Assembly (NCBI RefSeq): GCF_001194135.2
Contig: NC_068982.1
Coordinates: 142,829,322 to 142,881,754, forward strand
Source of the DNA: Octopus bimaculoides
Taxonomy: Eukaryota
Length of the DNA stretch: 52,433 bases
Direction: 5' to 3'
Shown one piece after another: positions 12,128-25,588 of the stretch (the stretch's first letter is position 1; each line of letters starts with the position of its first letter). The notes beneath the pieces are model-generated. The model was given only the letters and a program-made list of their open reading frames with translations. It searched no databases and was not told the origin of the DNA. The position numbers were made by a program, and so were the translations under genes.

Positions 12128-13723
12128 TATCAAAATTGAGTGCAAATAACGAAACGCCCTTATTACGTCTAGCAATTTAATATCTTAATTCTCTAAATGC
12201 ACTTGATATCAAGTTTGTATAACAACGAACAGTTAGCACTAATACATGAAGCCTAAAGAAGGTCATTCCCTGACTTAGAAAAAGCAGTGAGAAATCCCTT
12301 CAACTTACACCCTGTTTGTTTAAAACATGAAAGAAGAAACTGTGTTATGTTGACCTGGATACACCACATCTCTATAACAGAGGGAATGTTCATTATGAAA
12401 TATCTTTGATCGGAATCCTATGTCTCAGAGGTGGCGTACATCTAAACATGATTAAAACCGTTAAAAAAGATTTTAATTATCTTCAATGAAAGCGGAATGC
12501 TTCATTACAGGATGAAAAACAGGACATTTTTGGACACAGAAATGATAACTGCGGGCGTGAAAGTGTGAGCCTGAGTGTGTGTGAATGTATGAGTGTGAGT
12601 GTGTGTGTGAGTGTACATGTCAATATGTGTATTACATATTCCAAAAAATACAATACCATTGTGAGTGTAACTCACCGTTGATAAAATTAAGAAATTTTGG
12701 ATATGAACCGAGTTCTGCAGTTAAGAATTTTAGTTTGCAAATGCCTGGCAGCATGTTCGATCTCGTTGTGCGTTAAAATAGGAAAGTAATTTCTAAAGTA
12801 GCTTCGGGTGGAATAATCATTTGTTACTGATAAATAATAGACAAAAACTGTGCAAAAACTCCTCATATACGTGTGTCTGTATATGTGATTGTTTGGATGT
12901 ATGTATGTGTGTGTGTGTACACATAAAAACACATACGCCATAAACACACACACACACATACACAGACGTGTGTGTGTGTGTATTACCCATATCTGCGTAT
13001 GAGTATATATGACTATGTTTACCTGTGTAGAAACCGATGTTTTATAAAGAAGTTAACTCAAGCCTTTCATAAATATAGATCAATAGAAAGAACTGAATAA
13101 AATAAATACTTTAGTCAAAATGTTTGGTTAAAACCTATCATATCAGCGCAGCCAGCATGGTCGTAGTCCCTTGAGTAAAACCGGTATCGAGAAAGCAAAA
13201 GAAATCATACAATAGTGCACCATTAATCATGCCAACACATAAAATTACTAGTGTCTTAGAATTTCTGTAGACATTTTCATTTTTTCTTTTGTTCATAATG
13301 AAGAAGTTTCCACGAGAGGTTTCTCTGTCGACAACAATACATTCCAAAGGGCACCATTATAGTATCCATAGACGTTAATTGCAAACATATATTAACGTTT
13401 CAAAGGGATCCGAATTCTTCGTTAACAAGTTTAGTTCCCATTTCCTGTATTTTCATCACTTACAAAAGACAACAGAATTATTATTAAACAATTTCTAGGC
13501 ATAAATGTATGTGTATTTTTCGCAATTGTTAAAACACAATGGTGTATTGAGGATAAAATGCGACATCATATTTCTCTTTTATGACCATAACTATAGACTC
13601 CGTTCAATAATTTATATTCGGAATAATTGACATTTTCAGAGGATGTTGTCATTGTTGGTGAGATTTATTTGCTCTACGACAAAGGAAGAAAATACTGCTA
13701 CACATCGCATTATGGATACAGAA

Positions 13724-13724
<1 letters not shown>

Positions 13725-13778
<54 letters not shown>

Positions 13779-13786
13779 TGTGTGTG
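13725..13786. repeat. (TG)n microsatellite
   Basis: Direct. Confidence 0.95.
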
Positions 13787-16142
13787 TAAAGGTGTGGATG
13801 CGAGTTTGGTCGTAAATAAGAAAATGTACATGCGCACCTAGAGACCGTTTGCAATTTTAATAACGAGATGATGACATTTCTTCTTTCTGTCTTTCTCATA
13901 GAGATATGCTCCAAAAAATGTATTGCTTAAATTTCTTCAAAGATCTTTGTAATGAATTTTTATATCTTATATTATAAACATATTCTTCACGAAGCTATAA
14001 GATGTTACGTGAATATTCGACTCCCAGTGCAATTCTTATAGCAAAAAAACTGAAAGCTAATAGAAGTGATTACGTAACTCACGCTCCTTTAATATTTAAT
14101 ATCGCGGTCAGTAGTCCCCTGGTGTTTACCGTGATGCATGAGTATACTGAATTCTAACAAATGGTTGTCAAGATCGCTGTACCTAAAGAAAATCATATAG
14201 TATTTCATAGTATATATTTTATTTTGTTTGAAATAGTCATCCGATTCTTTCTGTGTTTACGCAGGCTAACAGTGGAAAAAGTACAGAAAGTGAATTCACA
14301 TGGATGGAAATTCAGTTGGAAAAGCAAAGATTTTTAGATGAAACCTTTGTCGCCGCATTCATCCCTCTATGAAACTCACAGCTTATTTGGTATGTTTGAT
14401 TAATATAATACATTTTATTATATTTATTGTATCTACTCAGGTATTAGTCAAATCGCTAATCGAGGTTTAAATCTTTGAACCAAACTTTGCCATTCCTAGT
14501 TTTAGCGTTACCCTCACTCTCTCTCTATATATATGATGTGACCTCACTTTTTCGAGTACTAAATAGTGCGATTTATTTCATGACAAAATTCGGTCATTGC
14601 AAACAATCTTTGAATATATTCTAATTACTTTTATCTTTTAAATTTTAATTTTCAATTTAAATTAATACGAAAAGATTGTATATAATTAATTAGGGAATTT
14701 AAATTGTATAAATTCAAATACAGTTGGTGGATATATCTGAATAATTTAGAATTAATTTGCATAAGTTAAACTTTTATTTTATAATATTAAAATGAGAGAT
14801 TAGTGTGAAGGAGTAAAAAAAATATGAAATTTTACAATTTTTCTTTTAATATTGTTTGATGTGTTACTATCATACGGTTTGTGATTTATTAGAGGTTACT
14901 TTGTTATTTACCTGAATGCATATAAAAGTACATTTTGCATAGTTATATAAGGTTAGATGAGCGCTGAGTTTCAAAGTAAGGTATAACATCTATAACCAAT
15001 TACTTTCTGTTTAAATTCCTTCATATTAAGTACTTTGTAGAAAGACTAGTAACAGCATTGTTGGGATAAAAAAAAAATATTAAGAACATTCAATAGGTGA
15101 AAGATTGTCAAACTCAGGAAATTTTCTCACCAATGTTCCCAAGTGAGAAATTTTCTGCAACAAAAATTACAAAATTATTGTTTTTTAGTAATGGTTATTT
15201 TGCAATGCGTGTTACATTTATTTGTCTCAGTGAGTTCGATGATCTTAAAACTCTTGTTAGATTCAGTCGTAGCTGTGGTTGAGGAGATACACCAACAAGG
15301 TCGAAACAACAGCGTCACAAAGTTTCCCTATCCCAATGAATCGTATGTATTTTGGACACAGATTAGTCTGAAAGTAATACTTCTCCAAAGACGAAATAGA
15401 ACAGCGATTAGCACACCCATGTTTGAATCTGTCAGAACTTATATAGAATGAATTTGTAAGACATCGCTTATACTGAAGCTGTCCACTGCGTACAAGGCGG
15501 TTTATCATGACTTGTTTTAGAATGTCAGTGTTAAATTAATGCAAAGTTGTTAATGTTTTGTAATAAACTTGTATACAACACTGTTCTTATCATACGTAGC
15601 AGGAAATTCCAGGCAGGAATGCATTAGCAAAGAGAGGAGATACAGGAAAAAGGATTTAAGAAAAACAGCATTAGATAAATGCGTGTGTTATGGCCATATC
15701 TACCCAACAAATGCTGTTATAGCAACTAATATATTACAGAACCAGGGCTAGAATAATATATCTATATAAAATCTAAATTTTTGAAGACATATAACATTGG
15801 TAATAAATAATAAATCTGACTATTGATATGTTTATCATATAATATTGGGGGATACCTGACCAAATTTATAGAAACGTGACAAAGCGATATTCTTTTGAAG
15901 TTTATATATGTGTTCAGCTTCATTATATTAAGTTCTTGATTGCCTAACTGTGTCAGCCTTTCTATATATCATCGCTCGTAAATCATTTCAAAGGATATCC
16001 AAGCCCACGTGCATAAATTCATTTGTTGCATCGACAAACGATACCGAATGAGCGTTAATACATAGACTTTACAAAACTGACATGGTTATATAGATATACA
16101 CATATGTGCATGTGTGTGTGTACGTAAACATGCACACGCGCG

Positions 16143-16189
<47 letters not shown>

Positions 16190-19100
16190 CATAAATTCTT
16201 GATTTATGAAAATTTATCTTCATCTCTAGCCATTGTATCATCATTACCAAGTGGTAGTCAAGATCAGCTCCATATGATATGAATTGGGGAGACAATTTCA
16301 AGAACCAAGAATTTTCCAAATTTAATTTGCTATCAAAGAAAAGGACGTATTTATTGCTTGGAAGCAAGAGGACAGTCGTAGATCCGTAGTTCTGTCTCGA
16401 TAGTCGTCAACAGCACGACAACTGCTCGACCTTACATAGATATACATATGCAAAAAGATTAATACTTTTACAAAAAGAGCAGGATACCTTTATGACCTAA
16501 GTAATTTGTATAATCTAATCTAAAATGAACTAATGGAAATAACTGAGTGTGACTAGTGGTATGTTTTTAACATCAACAAATACAGGTATATCAAATACAA
16601 TACAACAGAAATGTTTATGCATTAAAATTTACTTTGTTTCTAGCGATTATGTCATAGTGGAGGTGACGTCCGAAAGAGCGTGCACGTGATATGTACTTAT
16701 AGATGTGAGTTGAGTTGGTGCAGTCGAAATATATATAGACATATTACTACCAAAGAGAAAGCATTATCATTGCGAAGGATTGGAACTTCACTAACGCAAT
16801 CAATTATAATATTCATCAATTTGTTGAGTCTTAGCATATGTTAAAGAAACCTGTAATTAAAGCCGTCCGAGGCTTCAGCGTTATTTTCCGTCATCAGAAA
16901 TCACACGAGGAATAATAAAGGTTATGATTTGAGAGGGTTTATATGTAAATAGACAGTGCTACCTCGTAAATTTACTTTCGTTCTAAATGCATAACTTATT
17001 CATAGGAAGTTTATGGAAGTTAAAAATTCTGTTTAATAAATAAGAGAAACAATTATCATCAATAATCCATGACTAAATATTAGTAAAATGCGAAATATTT
17101 ATCTGCTTCAGTGAAAAGTAACCTCAAGAAAACACAATATTAGAAATTGCAACCTCATTTCTGAGAAAGCATATCCTAGCATTTTTCCAGGAGTTGCTAT
17201 TAGATCTCACCTGTCAGAAGTAGACAATCACCTTGCCTTGAGTACATATGAACATAGGTCTACTTGATCACAGTTAACCTAGGGCTACACAACCAGATCA
17301 ATCATAAGATCTAAGATACTCATGGCAAGTGTAAGTGATTTTATTTAACAGCTAAGAAATATATATATCTTCTTACTACCCTCGACTAAAACAGTTCCGT
17401 TAATTTAATTTTGGTTGCAACGAATAATTAATTCTATTTTTGACTTCTTCATTCTCCTTCTCCTAATATTTCTCAGACCCATCTCCATTTCCATGCTGTT
17501 GTCATCATCGACATATTTCATATTCTGATTGTATTTGACACTATAACTGACATTCCATAAAAGTTGCTGCAGGACATCTCTCTCTCCTTTTCCACTTCAA
17601 ATTGCAACTGAAAACATCAATACTCCACCACCCCCATCACATTAAGTTGTAGTTGAAGACATTACTATCCCCACTCAGCCACATCAAGTTGTAGTTGAAC
17701 ACTTTAATGAGAATTTGGTCGGAAAAGAAAGGCGTTTGAATCGACGGGTTATAGAGAAACGAGTCTAACAGCAACCACTTCAGTTCGTATCTTCGGGACA
17801 TGATTGAGCATCATCGACCATAACCTCTCCCAACGCACACTGTCAGTCTGTAGATGCCGGGGAATATAGGCGACATTCTAGTACAAAAAGTAACTAAACG
17901 AACGTTCGAATCTTGTAAAATTTACAAGAACAGGGCTCGATGATCAAGAGTCCATAATCCGCTGCCACAATTGTAACAGTTACAACGTCAATGTGGCATT
18001 ACAGAGATAACTATACCTCTTGCAATTCCGGAATGAAATAAGCTATCTTCGTAATCTAGTCATCCTAACTTTTATCAATATGCAAGCGGACACCTATACA
18101 TATCAAAGCGTCTTTGATCACGCCAATGCAGTTGTGTTGCCTTTTGTTTTATAGTTTCTGTTTTCGTTTTCTCACTATATTTTCTGATTTTGTATAGGAG
18201 GGAAGATCAGCTTATGATGACATCATTCTTCTATGTATCAGTCTAATCTGAGATACACAAGGTACATGTACCTTGCAAATTACTATTTCACTCTCCCAAA
18301 CCTGGTAAACCAATGCGTGACAGAGTTATGTTGAAGGTACGTAAGTTCATAGATGGATAGGTTTCACTATATAATGCGGGAATTACACACTGTTTCTATC
18401 CATTCATAAATTTTCAAATACTCCCATAATGTACCGCAACATGAAATAAGTTATATAATCCTCACAGTGGAACCCGAATATATATATGTATGTATATATA
18501 TATATATNNNNNNNNNNNNNNNNNNNNNTATATGGAGAGGGAGAGAGGGACAGAGAGAGAAGCAGACAGATAGACAGACAGACAGACAAAGAAATATATA
18601 ACATGATTTCCCTAATAACATTAATGGAGGAGCCTCTACCTGGACCCCATTCTCTGACGAAGAAATCAAAACTGTTATATCTTTGCAATCGACCAGATGC
18701 CAATAGATGACCGTTTAACTTTTTGGATTCTTTTGAATACATCAATGACGAACGGATAGCTTGTGCTGGCTAAACTGGTAAGTAGAACATAAAGGCTAAC
18801 TTGTAAAATAGCAGTACTATCGCTCAAATCGATTAATCTCAATGATTTTTTAGAAGGGGAAACAATATTGATTACGTTAAAATAATGATACGAAAGCTTC
18901 ACAACAATAACTTGTTTGTCAACGACATACAAATCCTGTACTCTATAATAGCTCAATTTATCATCTTGTGAGCAAAACTATCTTATGAGAGGATCAAAAG
19001 GGATTTAGAAAGGGATGCATGTTTGAAAGGAAGCAAGTCCTGATGATTGGAGAAGGTCCTGAGATAAAGGCAGGATGGTCCTGCTCAGAAGTCTGTGAAG

Positions 19101-19262
19101 ACAAGCATGACCACGAGCTAAAACAATAACGAAATTGACATGAACCACACAAAACATAATCTGATGAACGCTAGACATCATTAAGGTGATAGTTATGGTA
19201 GACTTCATATTTTAGCAGAAACCCAGCAGATTTAAGAGGAGAGGAAATGTTTGTTACATTAA

Positions 19263-19624
19263 GCCCAGTGGTCAACTAGTACATATCGATCCCGAAAGAA
19301 TGATAGGAAAATTCGACCTCGGTTAAATTTGAACACAGAACATAAAGAGCATTTTATCTGACAGGCCAACAACTCAACGAGCACACCACACTTCGATCAC
19401 AACATAATATTCTTTCAAATGTTGGCACTAGACCGACAAATTTAAGGCCGGGAATTGGTACATCCATCCGGTACTTGACTGGTACTTATTTTATCGACCC
19501 TGAAGGGATGAAAGTTAAAGTCTAACTCTAGTACTTGAACTGAAAATGTAAAAAAACAACATGAATAAATGCCGCTATGCATCTTCCTTGATGCGGTAAA
19601 TATTCTACCAGCTTACCACCTTAA
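19263..19624 (-). mobile_element. Two diverged SINE family B copies in tandem (about 19263-19390 and 19413-19624)
   Basis: Both contain the reverse complement of the central ttcatcctttcgggatcgataaa.taagtaccag block; the second ends in the reverse complement of the taaggtggtaagctggtagaat head. Confidence 0.7.
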
Positions 19625-20232
19625 ATCACCAAGTAATTTTTCAACCTATATTTTCTGTAAACCACCAATTGTTATCCCTGTTATGATTTCATAATACTTT
19701 TACAGGCGTATTATATATTATAAAACCATATCATGCTACATTCGCACTGTAATAGCCATTAAAAAGACCGTTACATATTTTGCACTTCAAATACAAAGAA
19801 CGCTTAAGGAACTCCAGACACAACAACAGCAATAACGACACAGCACAAGTCGTTGTAAAAGTGACGCATGCAAACTATGACAATGGCTGCAAACAAATTC
19901 AAGATCACGGACGTTTATTTATGGACTTGGTTGTGCAGTTAAAGCTCAGTATACAACCTATTAAAACATAAAAATATATTTATTAAAATGGTAACGATGA
20001 TGATGACGGTCGGGATGAAGAGGAAAAAAGAGAGAAAAGATAATACTTAAGCCATGACAAATAAATCATTTATCAATAAACGAGTAAAAGTACGTAAATA
20101 TTAGTTTATGTGAAAACTGCAATGGATACGAATATATAGGAGCATTATTGGAAATTAATAACGACACAAACACTTAGAATTTATGCAGTAATATATAATA
20201 CACATATATATATATATGTATATATATGTATA

Positions 20233-20282
<50 letters not shown>

Positions 20283-20933
20283 TGTGTGTGTACTTGTATA
20301 TGTATGTATATATGTGTATGTACGTATATACGTATTTGTATGTATATATGTGTATATATATGTGTGCGTGTGTTGGTGAAGACAGAATCAACTTACTTTC
20401 AAAATATCTTCAGACTTCATAAATACGTTTGTAGTAAGAAAAACAAGAAAACAAATGTTGCGTCAATTTGATGTAAATAATTTCTCTAATCCTTTTAGTG
20501 AGTCTTTCCTTCAACTTTATTAATCCGTAAACATATATTTACATATAATCCTCCTTTACTTAAATAATCAAAAGTGTAATTTCTTTGTATGAAAAATATC
20601 GATGGGAGAAACACTATCAGATGTTGTTTATGTGGCCGTATGAATAATACACACAAACACTCCATTATTGATTTATCGATTCGTGCAATTCTTCATATCA
20701 TCATATTGATATCGTCGTTAGTGTTTCACAACTTAGTGACGAGTGGTCATGATTTGTGCAATCGGAAAGCAAAAGGCAGCGATTTGGTTTCGATACTAAA
20801 ATAATGGGAAATGCTTAATTTCGCCTCCCACGGAGCGCACAAATCTGAACATATGTGGAACATCTTCTCCATCAGTTTCAGAGCTCTTAATAAGTGTCAA
20901 TGCACCTGCCTCTTTTAAGCAAATAAATAAATG

Positions 20934-21097
20934 AGGAGTGGCTCTGTGTTAAGTAGCTTCTTTACCAACTACATGGTTCCGGGTTCAGTCCCACTGCGTG
21001 ACACCTTGCGCAAGTGTCTTCTGCTATAGCCTCGGGTCAACCAAAGACTTGTGAGTGGATTTGGTAGACGGAAACTGAAAGAAGCCCGTCGTATATA

Positions 21098-21131
<34 letters not shown>

Positions 21132-21335
21132 CATATGTATGTGTGTGTGTATTTGTGTGTCTCTGTTCGTCCCCCCAACATCGCTTGACAACTGATGCTG
21201 GTGTGTTTACGTCCCCGTAACTTAGCTGTTCGGCAAAAGAGACCGATACAATAAGTCCTGGGGTCGATTTACTCGACTAAAGACGGTGCTCCAGCATGGC
21301 CGTGGTCAAATGACTGAAACAAGTAAAAGAGAGAG
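20934..21335 (+). mobile_element. tRNA-derived SINE, family A (full length, young)
   Basis: aggagtggctctgtgttaag head, B-box ggttcagtccc, core gacaccttgcgcaagtgtcttc, internal (TA)n(TG)n, 3' gactgaaacaagtaaaagagag tail. Confidence 0.9.
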
Positions 21336-21474
21336 TATGTGATAGGAACATCCATTAACTAAACTATCATTGCTGTAAAGCGTAATTAGTTTAATCAGTA
21401 AATTATTATACTTGCATGAGGGAGATTCAGCATGATAGAGAAAGCAACAAGTTTGGCTATGTGAACTACATATA

Positions 21475-21616
21475 CAACTCATTTTTGCCAGCTAGGTGGA
21501 CTGGAGGAACATGAAATAAAGTGTCTTGCTCAAGGACACAACACATAACCATACGATCGTGAATCGAACACACAACCTTACAATCGTGAGTTGAATACAC
21601 CAACCGCTTAGCCATG
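21475..21616 (-). mobile_element. tRNA-derived SINE, family D (partial)
   Basis: Minus strand: catggctaagcggttgg A-box-like, gttcgattc B-box, gtgtccttgagcaagacact central block; homologous to 23285-23436. Confidence 0.75.
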
Positions 21617-22257
21617 ATACTTCACTACATACATACACAGATACATAGTTATATGAATGCATGTGAAAACAGGAATCTACAGTGTATTACTACAATGCGA
21701 GACGGTGCGATTTATTAAAAGTGCATATGTTTTAGCTTTGATATTTCTGTTGGTTTAAAAATACACAGCCATTTAGAGGACCCATTTCACAACTATTATA
21801 TTTACCACACTATTTCTCGGTGAGTTAATATTTCTCTAATAACTCTGTCCTCTAACGACGATATCAATATGTTGCGAATTACTGGTGAGATCTTAGTGAT
21901 GGAACGATTATTTCTTTGCTCTCTCTATCACTCTTTCTCTCTTTATCTCTCCTTCTCTGTCTCCCACCCACTCTCTCTTTTATTTTGTGTCTCATATGTT
22001 TTTCTCTTTCGACCAGACCTTCGGACGAATACGATTGCGTATTTGCTTGACCTTTTGACATGGGTCAGTGTTAGTGCCTTTCGGGTTAAAATTTTTGTTC
22101 TTTTGTAACTTGTTAGAAATATAACCAACAAACATTTTCATCTCTTCTGCTTTTGCTTTTTCTGTTTGTCTTGTTATGACTTTTCTTTACCAATGAGGGC
22201 ACACCCCGTTGCTGTGTGTGTGTATTTGTGCCTATTTATTATTTGTGTGTGTAATGC

Positions 22258-22294
<37 letters not shown>

Positions 22295-23199
22295 ATGCAT
22301 ACACACACACACACTTATATATATATATATATATATATATATAGCGAGAGAGAATCATTATTATTATTTCTGAAAGATATTCTTATCTTGTGATACAAAT
22401 CTATAGAAATTAAATTCCTGCTTAATTGATTTAATATCAACAGTACGATTTAAATCAACTTAGCTCTAATCTAATTTCTATAGAGCCGTTCCTAAAGAAA
22501 ATATTTCCGAAATGCTGTATATACACATGGTGAATGATGTTTCCATACATTCGTAACCAACTCTCATAACAAACGTAAGAGAAAGAAAAAAAATCAAGGA
22601 AAGGATGTGGAATATTATGAATAAGACAAGTAAGTTTATAGGTTTAAAACTGACTGAAAGCGACTCAGTTGAAGAGATCGGATGACAAATGTGCAGTAGA
22701 GCCATATGTCAGTTAGTTCAACAGAGAAGAACTGAAAAAATTTAAATAAGAAATGGAAGTAAAAAAAAAAAAAGAAATAGTTTAAAAAATTTGACACCCA
22801 TAATCATTCGTCACCAACAAACTTTCGAGAGATGCCATAAAAACGATTTCGATATCACGTCACAGACATAGACAAAAAACTTGACACGTATATAAACAGA
22901 ACAAAGGTGAGTCTAACAAATGGTTAAAATGGCACTTTGAATATGTAACCACTTCAGTTGCAGCTCATAGCTTCAGAAAAAAAAAAAGAATTCTGGCTTG
23001 GTTTAACATCATTTGCCTCCTGTGCACTGTTATCGGAGTCCATACTGTTTGCAAGCATTTCTGTTCCATAAATGTTGTCACAGGCGTGTAGTGTCACTCA
23101 GTCATGTTCTTAAACGAGATTTCTCGCCACGTATATAGCAGAACTCATTGAATAAATAGTCACTGGCATTGCCATTAGTCGACTAAATAATAATAATAA

Positions 23200-23436
23200 A
23201 TGCACCCTTTTAAAGCCTACCCAGGCTCATGGGCCTGGTTTCCCGGTTTCAATGGCCTATGTGTTCCCCAGCTGAGCGGGACACCAGTCCATCGCAGAGT
23301 TACTCATTTTTGCCAGCTGAGTGGACTGGAGCAACGTGAAATGAACTGTTTTGCTCAAGAACACAACGCGTCGCCCGGTCCAAGAATCGAAACCACAATC
23401 TTACGATAATGGTGCTGACACCCTAACCTCTAAGCC
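23200..23436 (-). mobile_element. tRNA-derived SINE, family D
   Basis: Shares actcatttttgccagct.agtggactggag...ttgctcaag.acacaac with 21475-21545; B-box-like gtttcgattc on the minus strand. Confidence 0.8.
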
Positions 23437-23535
23437 TCCACTCATTAGTCACTGGGAGAGACAAAAATGTAGTATATGCAGTAGGAGTGGTATTAATCTA
23501 AAATGGCCCCTTATGTTGGTGTTTTAATAATTAGC

Positions 23536-24157
23536 AATCGAATCATTAAGCAGGTATATCCTTTAACAACCAAAGAGTTTTGATCAGTGACGACGCAAGA
23601 CGTGTGAAAGAGATCGGAAAGAGAATAGCGCTGAAAAGTCTGCTTTCTCGAATTTGTATGACATCTTGAGAAACCGTACTCTGAGCATGAAGACAACGAT
23701 CCATATGCTGAACTGCTATGCCTACCCTATGTTAATATACGGAAGAGAAAAGTGGTCAATTACATCAGACATGAGGTGCTTGGAGAGCTTTGAAAAGCGG
23801 TTCATAAGGAGACGATTGAGTATAGGCTGAATAAAGAGTTTAATGAAGTGATGACTCGGACTGCGGTAAGTAGGAAGCTGCTCCGTCAGATAAGGTTCAA
23901 GCAACTGAGATTTCCTGGTCATGTGATGAGGAAAGAAGGCCTGGGAAATTTAGAGATGACTGGAAAGATTGAAGGGAAGAGAAGCAGTGGAAAGAGAACA
24001 ATGGTATGGATGTAAGCATTGATGAACTGGTTGTAAAAAGAGGCATTAAACATCAGGAAGTGGAACTGTCACAGGAAACAAAGAGTGGAGAACAGTGGCA
24101 GGACATGATCACCTATGTCATACATTCTGGACATGGTGGCTAAAGAGAGAGAGAGAG
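23536..24157 (+). mobile_element. RTE-clade LINE, 3' fragment (RT C-terminus, frameshifted) with (GA)n tail
   Basis: Frame-joined translation: SAFSNLYDILRNRTLSMKTTIHMLNCYAYPMLIYGREKWSIT..LESFEKRFIRRRLSI and QLRFPGHVMRKEGLGNLEMTGKIEGKRSSG, matching the RTE motifs LLYGCETW, L..FGHVMR and GKIEG.R..GR. Confidence 0.8.
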
Positions 24158-24357
24158 TGAGCCATCTATGTATTGGAAATTCTCCTTTGTTGTAGTTAAC
24201 CGCTGCAGAAAAGATTTCTGTCTCCCTCCGATATGTATTGTATTTTAACAACACAAGTCAATGACACTTGCTAACTTCGGACGATTACTGCAGTAAAATT
24301 GACTTTCAACAATATGTTTAATTTAAGTATGATATATAGATGTCTATTATAATCTCG

Positions 24358-24478
24358 TGTGTGTCCCCGGTAACTTGGCAGTTTGGCAAAGAGTGCGATA
24401 GATTAACTACTAGGCTTAACAAAAACTAAGTACTGGGGTCGTTTCATTCGACTAAAAATTATTCGACGCTGTACTTCA
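24358..24478 (+). mobile_element. SINE family A, 3' half only (older)
   Basis: gtccccggtaacttggcagtttggcaaagag...ctggggtcg...cgactaaaa matches the 3' module at 21210-21290. Confidence 0.7.
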
Positions 24479-24748
24479 ACCAGCATCGGTTGTCAAGCGA
24501 TGTTAGGGGGACAAACACAGACACACAAACATATACACACCCACATACATACATATATATATNNNNNNNNNNNNNNNNNNNNNNNNNNNNNNNNNNNNNN
24601 NNNNNNNNNNNNNNNNNNNNNNNNNNNTATATATATATAAACATATATACGACGGACTTCTTTCAGTTTCCGTCTACCAAATCCACTCACAAGGCTTTGG
24701 TCTGCCCGAGGCTATAGTAGAAGACACTTGCCCAAGGTGCCACGCAGA
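24479..24748 (-). mobile_element. SINE family A, core and mid segment only (younger)
   Basis: Reverse complement reads ctgcgtggcaccttgggcaagtgtcttc...gacaaccgatgctgg, with the gap inside the internal (TA)n tract. Confidence 0.9.
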
Positions 24749-25427
24749 TGTGATTTTAAGGGGGACACGTCTACTAATTTTAGTTGCTCAAGCGACAGTT
24801 AGTTTGACCTCTTTTGATGCTATAAAATTGCCGTAGTTCCCAAAATAATTCACAAATTATTAGTTACTTTCAAATGTCTAAAATGGAAACCACTTCTGGT
24901 TTTCTATTTCCCGTTGATTTTATATTTATTAACTTTTAGAAATGCTTCAATATCTCAATGTTTAATTCTTTATCTCGTTCTGGCTTCTGCTTTGTCAACA
25001 ATAAACCAATAATTTGATTTCAATTGCTCAAATATAGAAATGTATTCAAAGAGAAAATAACAAACATAATATTGTTTTTATGTGGCTATTTGTCATACAA
25101 TACTGTCTGAAAACAAAAGAATAAAATTAATATCTTGTTTTTAATGCCAGAATAACAAAATTATCAGCTATATCACCCTTGCGGGATTGTTATTCAGGAT
25201 TACGTTACTGTCATAGAATTTATATTCTAATCTTACGATTTTAGACTGTAAATTTGCTTCGTCACTGAAGGCTGATTATTAGATCTTTCATTAAGAGAAT
25301 AGTTATTGTTGGTTATTGTTTTTGTTAGGTTTTTTTTTTTTCCGGGATGATCTCCGATAGAGAAGAACTGCTATAAAGTACATTATTTACATTCTACGGA
25401 TATTTGTCCTCATTTTGTTTGTTCTTA

Positions 25428-25471
25428 ACTCAACGTTTCGGCTGATATACCCTCCAGCCTGCTTCAAGTGA
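25428..25471 (-). ncRNA. Degenerate minimal type-I hammerhead ribozyme in the PLE 3' repeat
   Basis: Minus strand: TTGAAGC (for CUGANGA), A, stem II GGCTG/CAGCC, GAAA, palindromic AACGTT stem III. Two core mismatches, so this copy is probably inactive. Confidence 0.65.
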
Positions 25472-25526
25472 CATAGAGAAATTTCGAACCTGGGTATTTT
25501 TTTCGATGTTATTATTATTATTCATG

Positions 25527-25588
25527 TCACTGCTTGGAATCGAATTGGTTAGTAGCCCGCGCTCTTAACCACTACACCACATGTCCGT
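25527..25588 (-). promoter_or_regulatory. tRNA-Ser(GCU)-like Pol III head (pseudo-tRNA) inside the PLE 3' repeat
   Basis: Minus strand: A-box TGGTGTAGTGG (25569-25579); AGTGGTTAAGAGCGCGGGCTACTAACC parallels eukaryotic tRNA-Ser(GCU) AGTGGTTAAGGCGATGGACTGCTAATCC; imperfect B-box ATTCGATTCC (25536-25545). Cannot form a complete cloverleaf. Confidence 0.6.

Noticed and set aside
15097-15508. Three overlapping ORFs (61, 102 and 81 aa) on both strands
   Set aside because: No recognisable motif or consistent splice structure.
18602-18708. Peptide TWTPFSDEEIKTVISLQ resembling the LINE pre-RT motif PFTxEEI..AI..L
   Set aside because: No downstream K.PGPDG or other RT motif; a single weak match.
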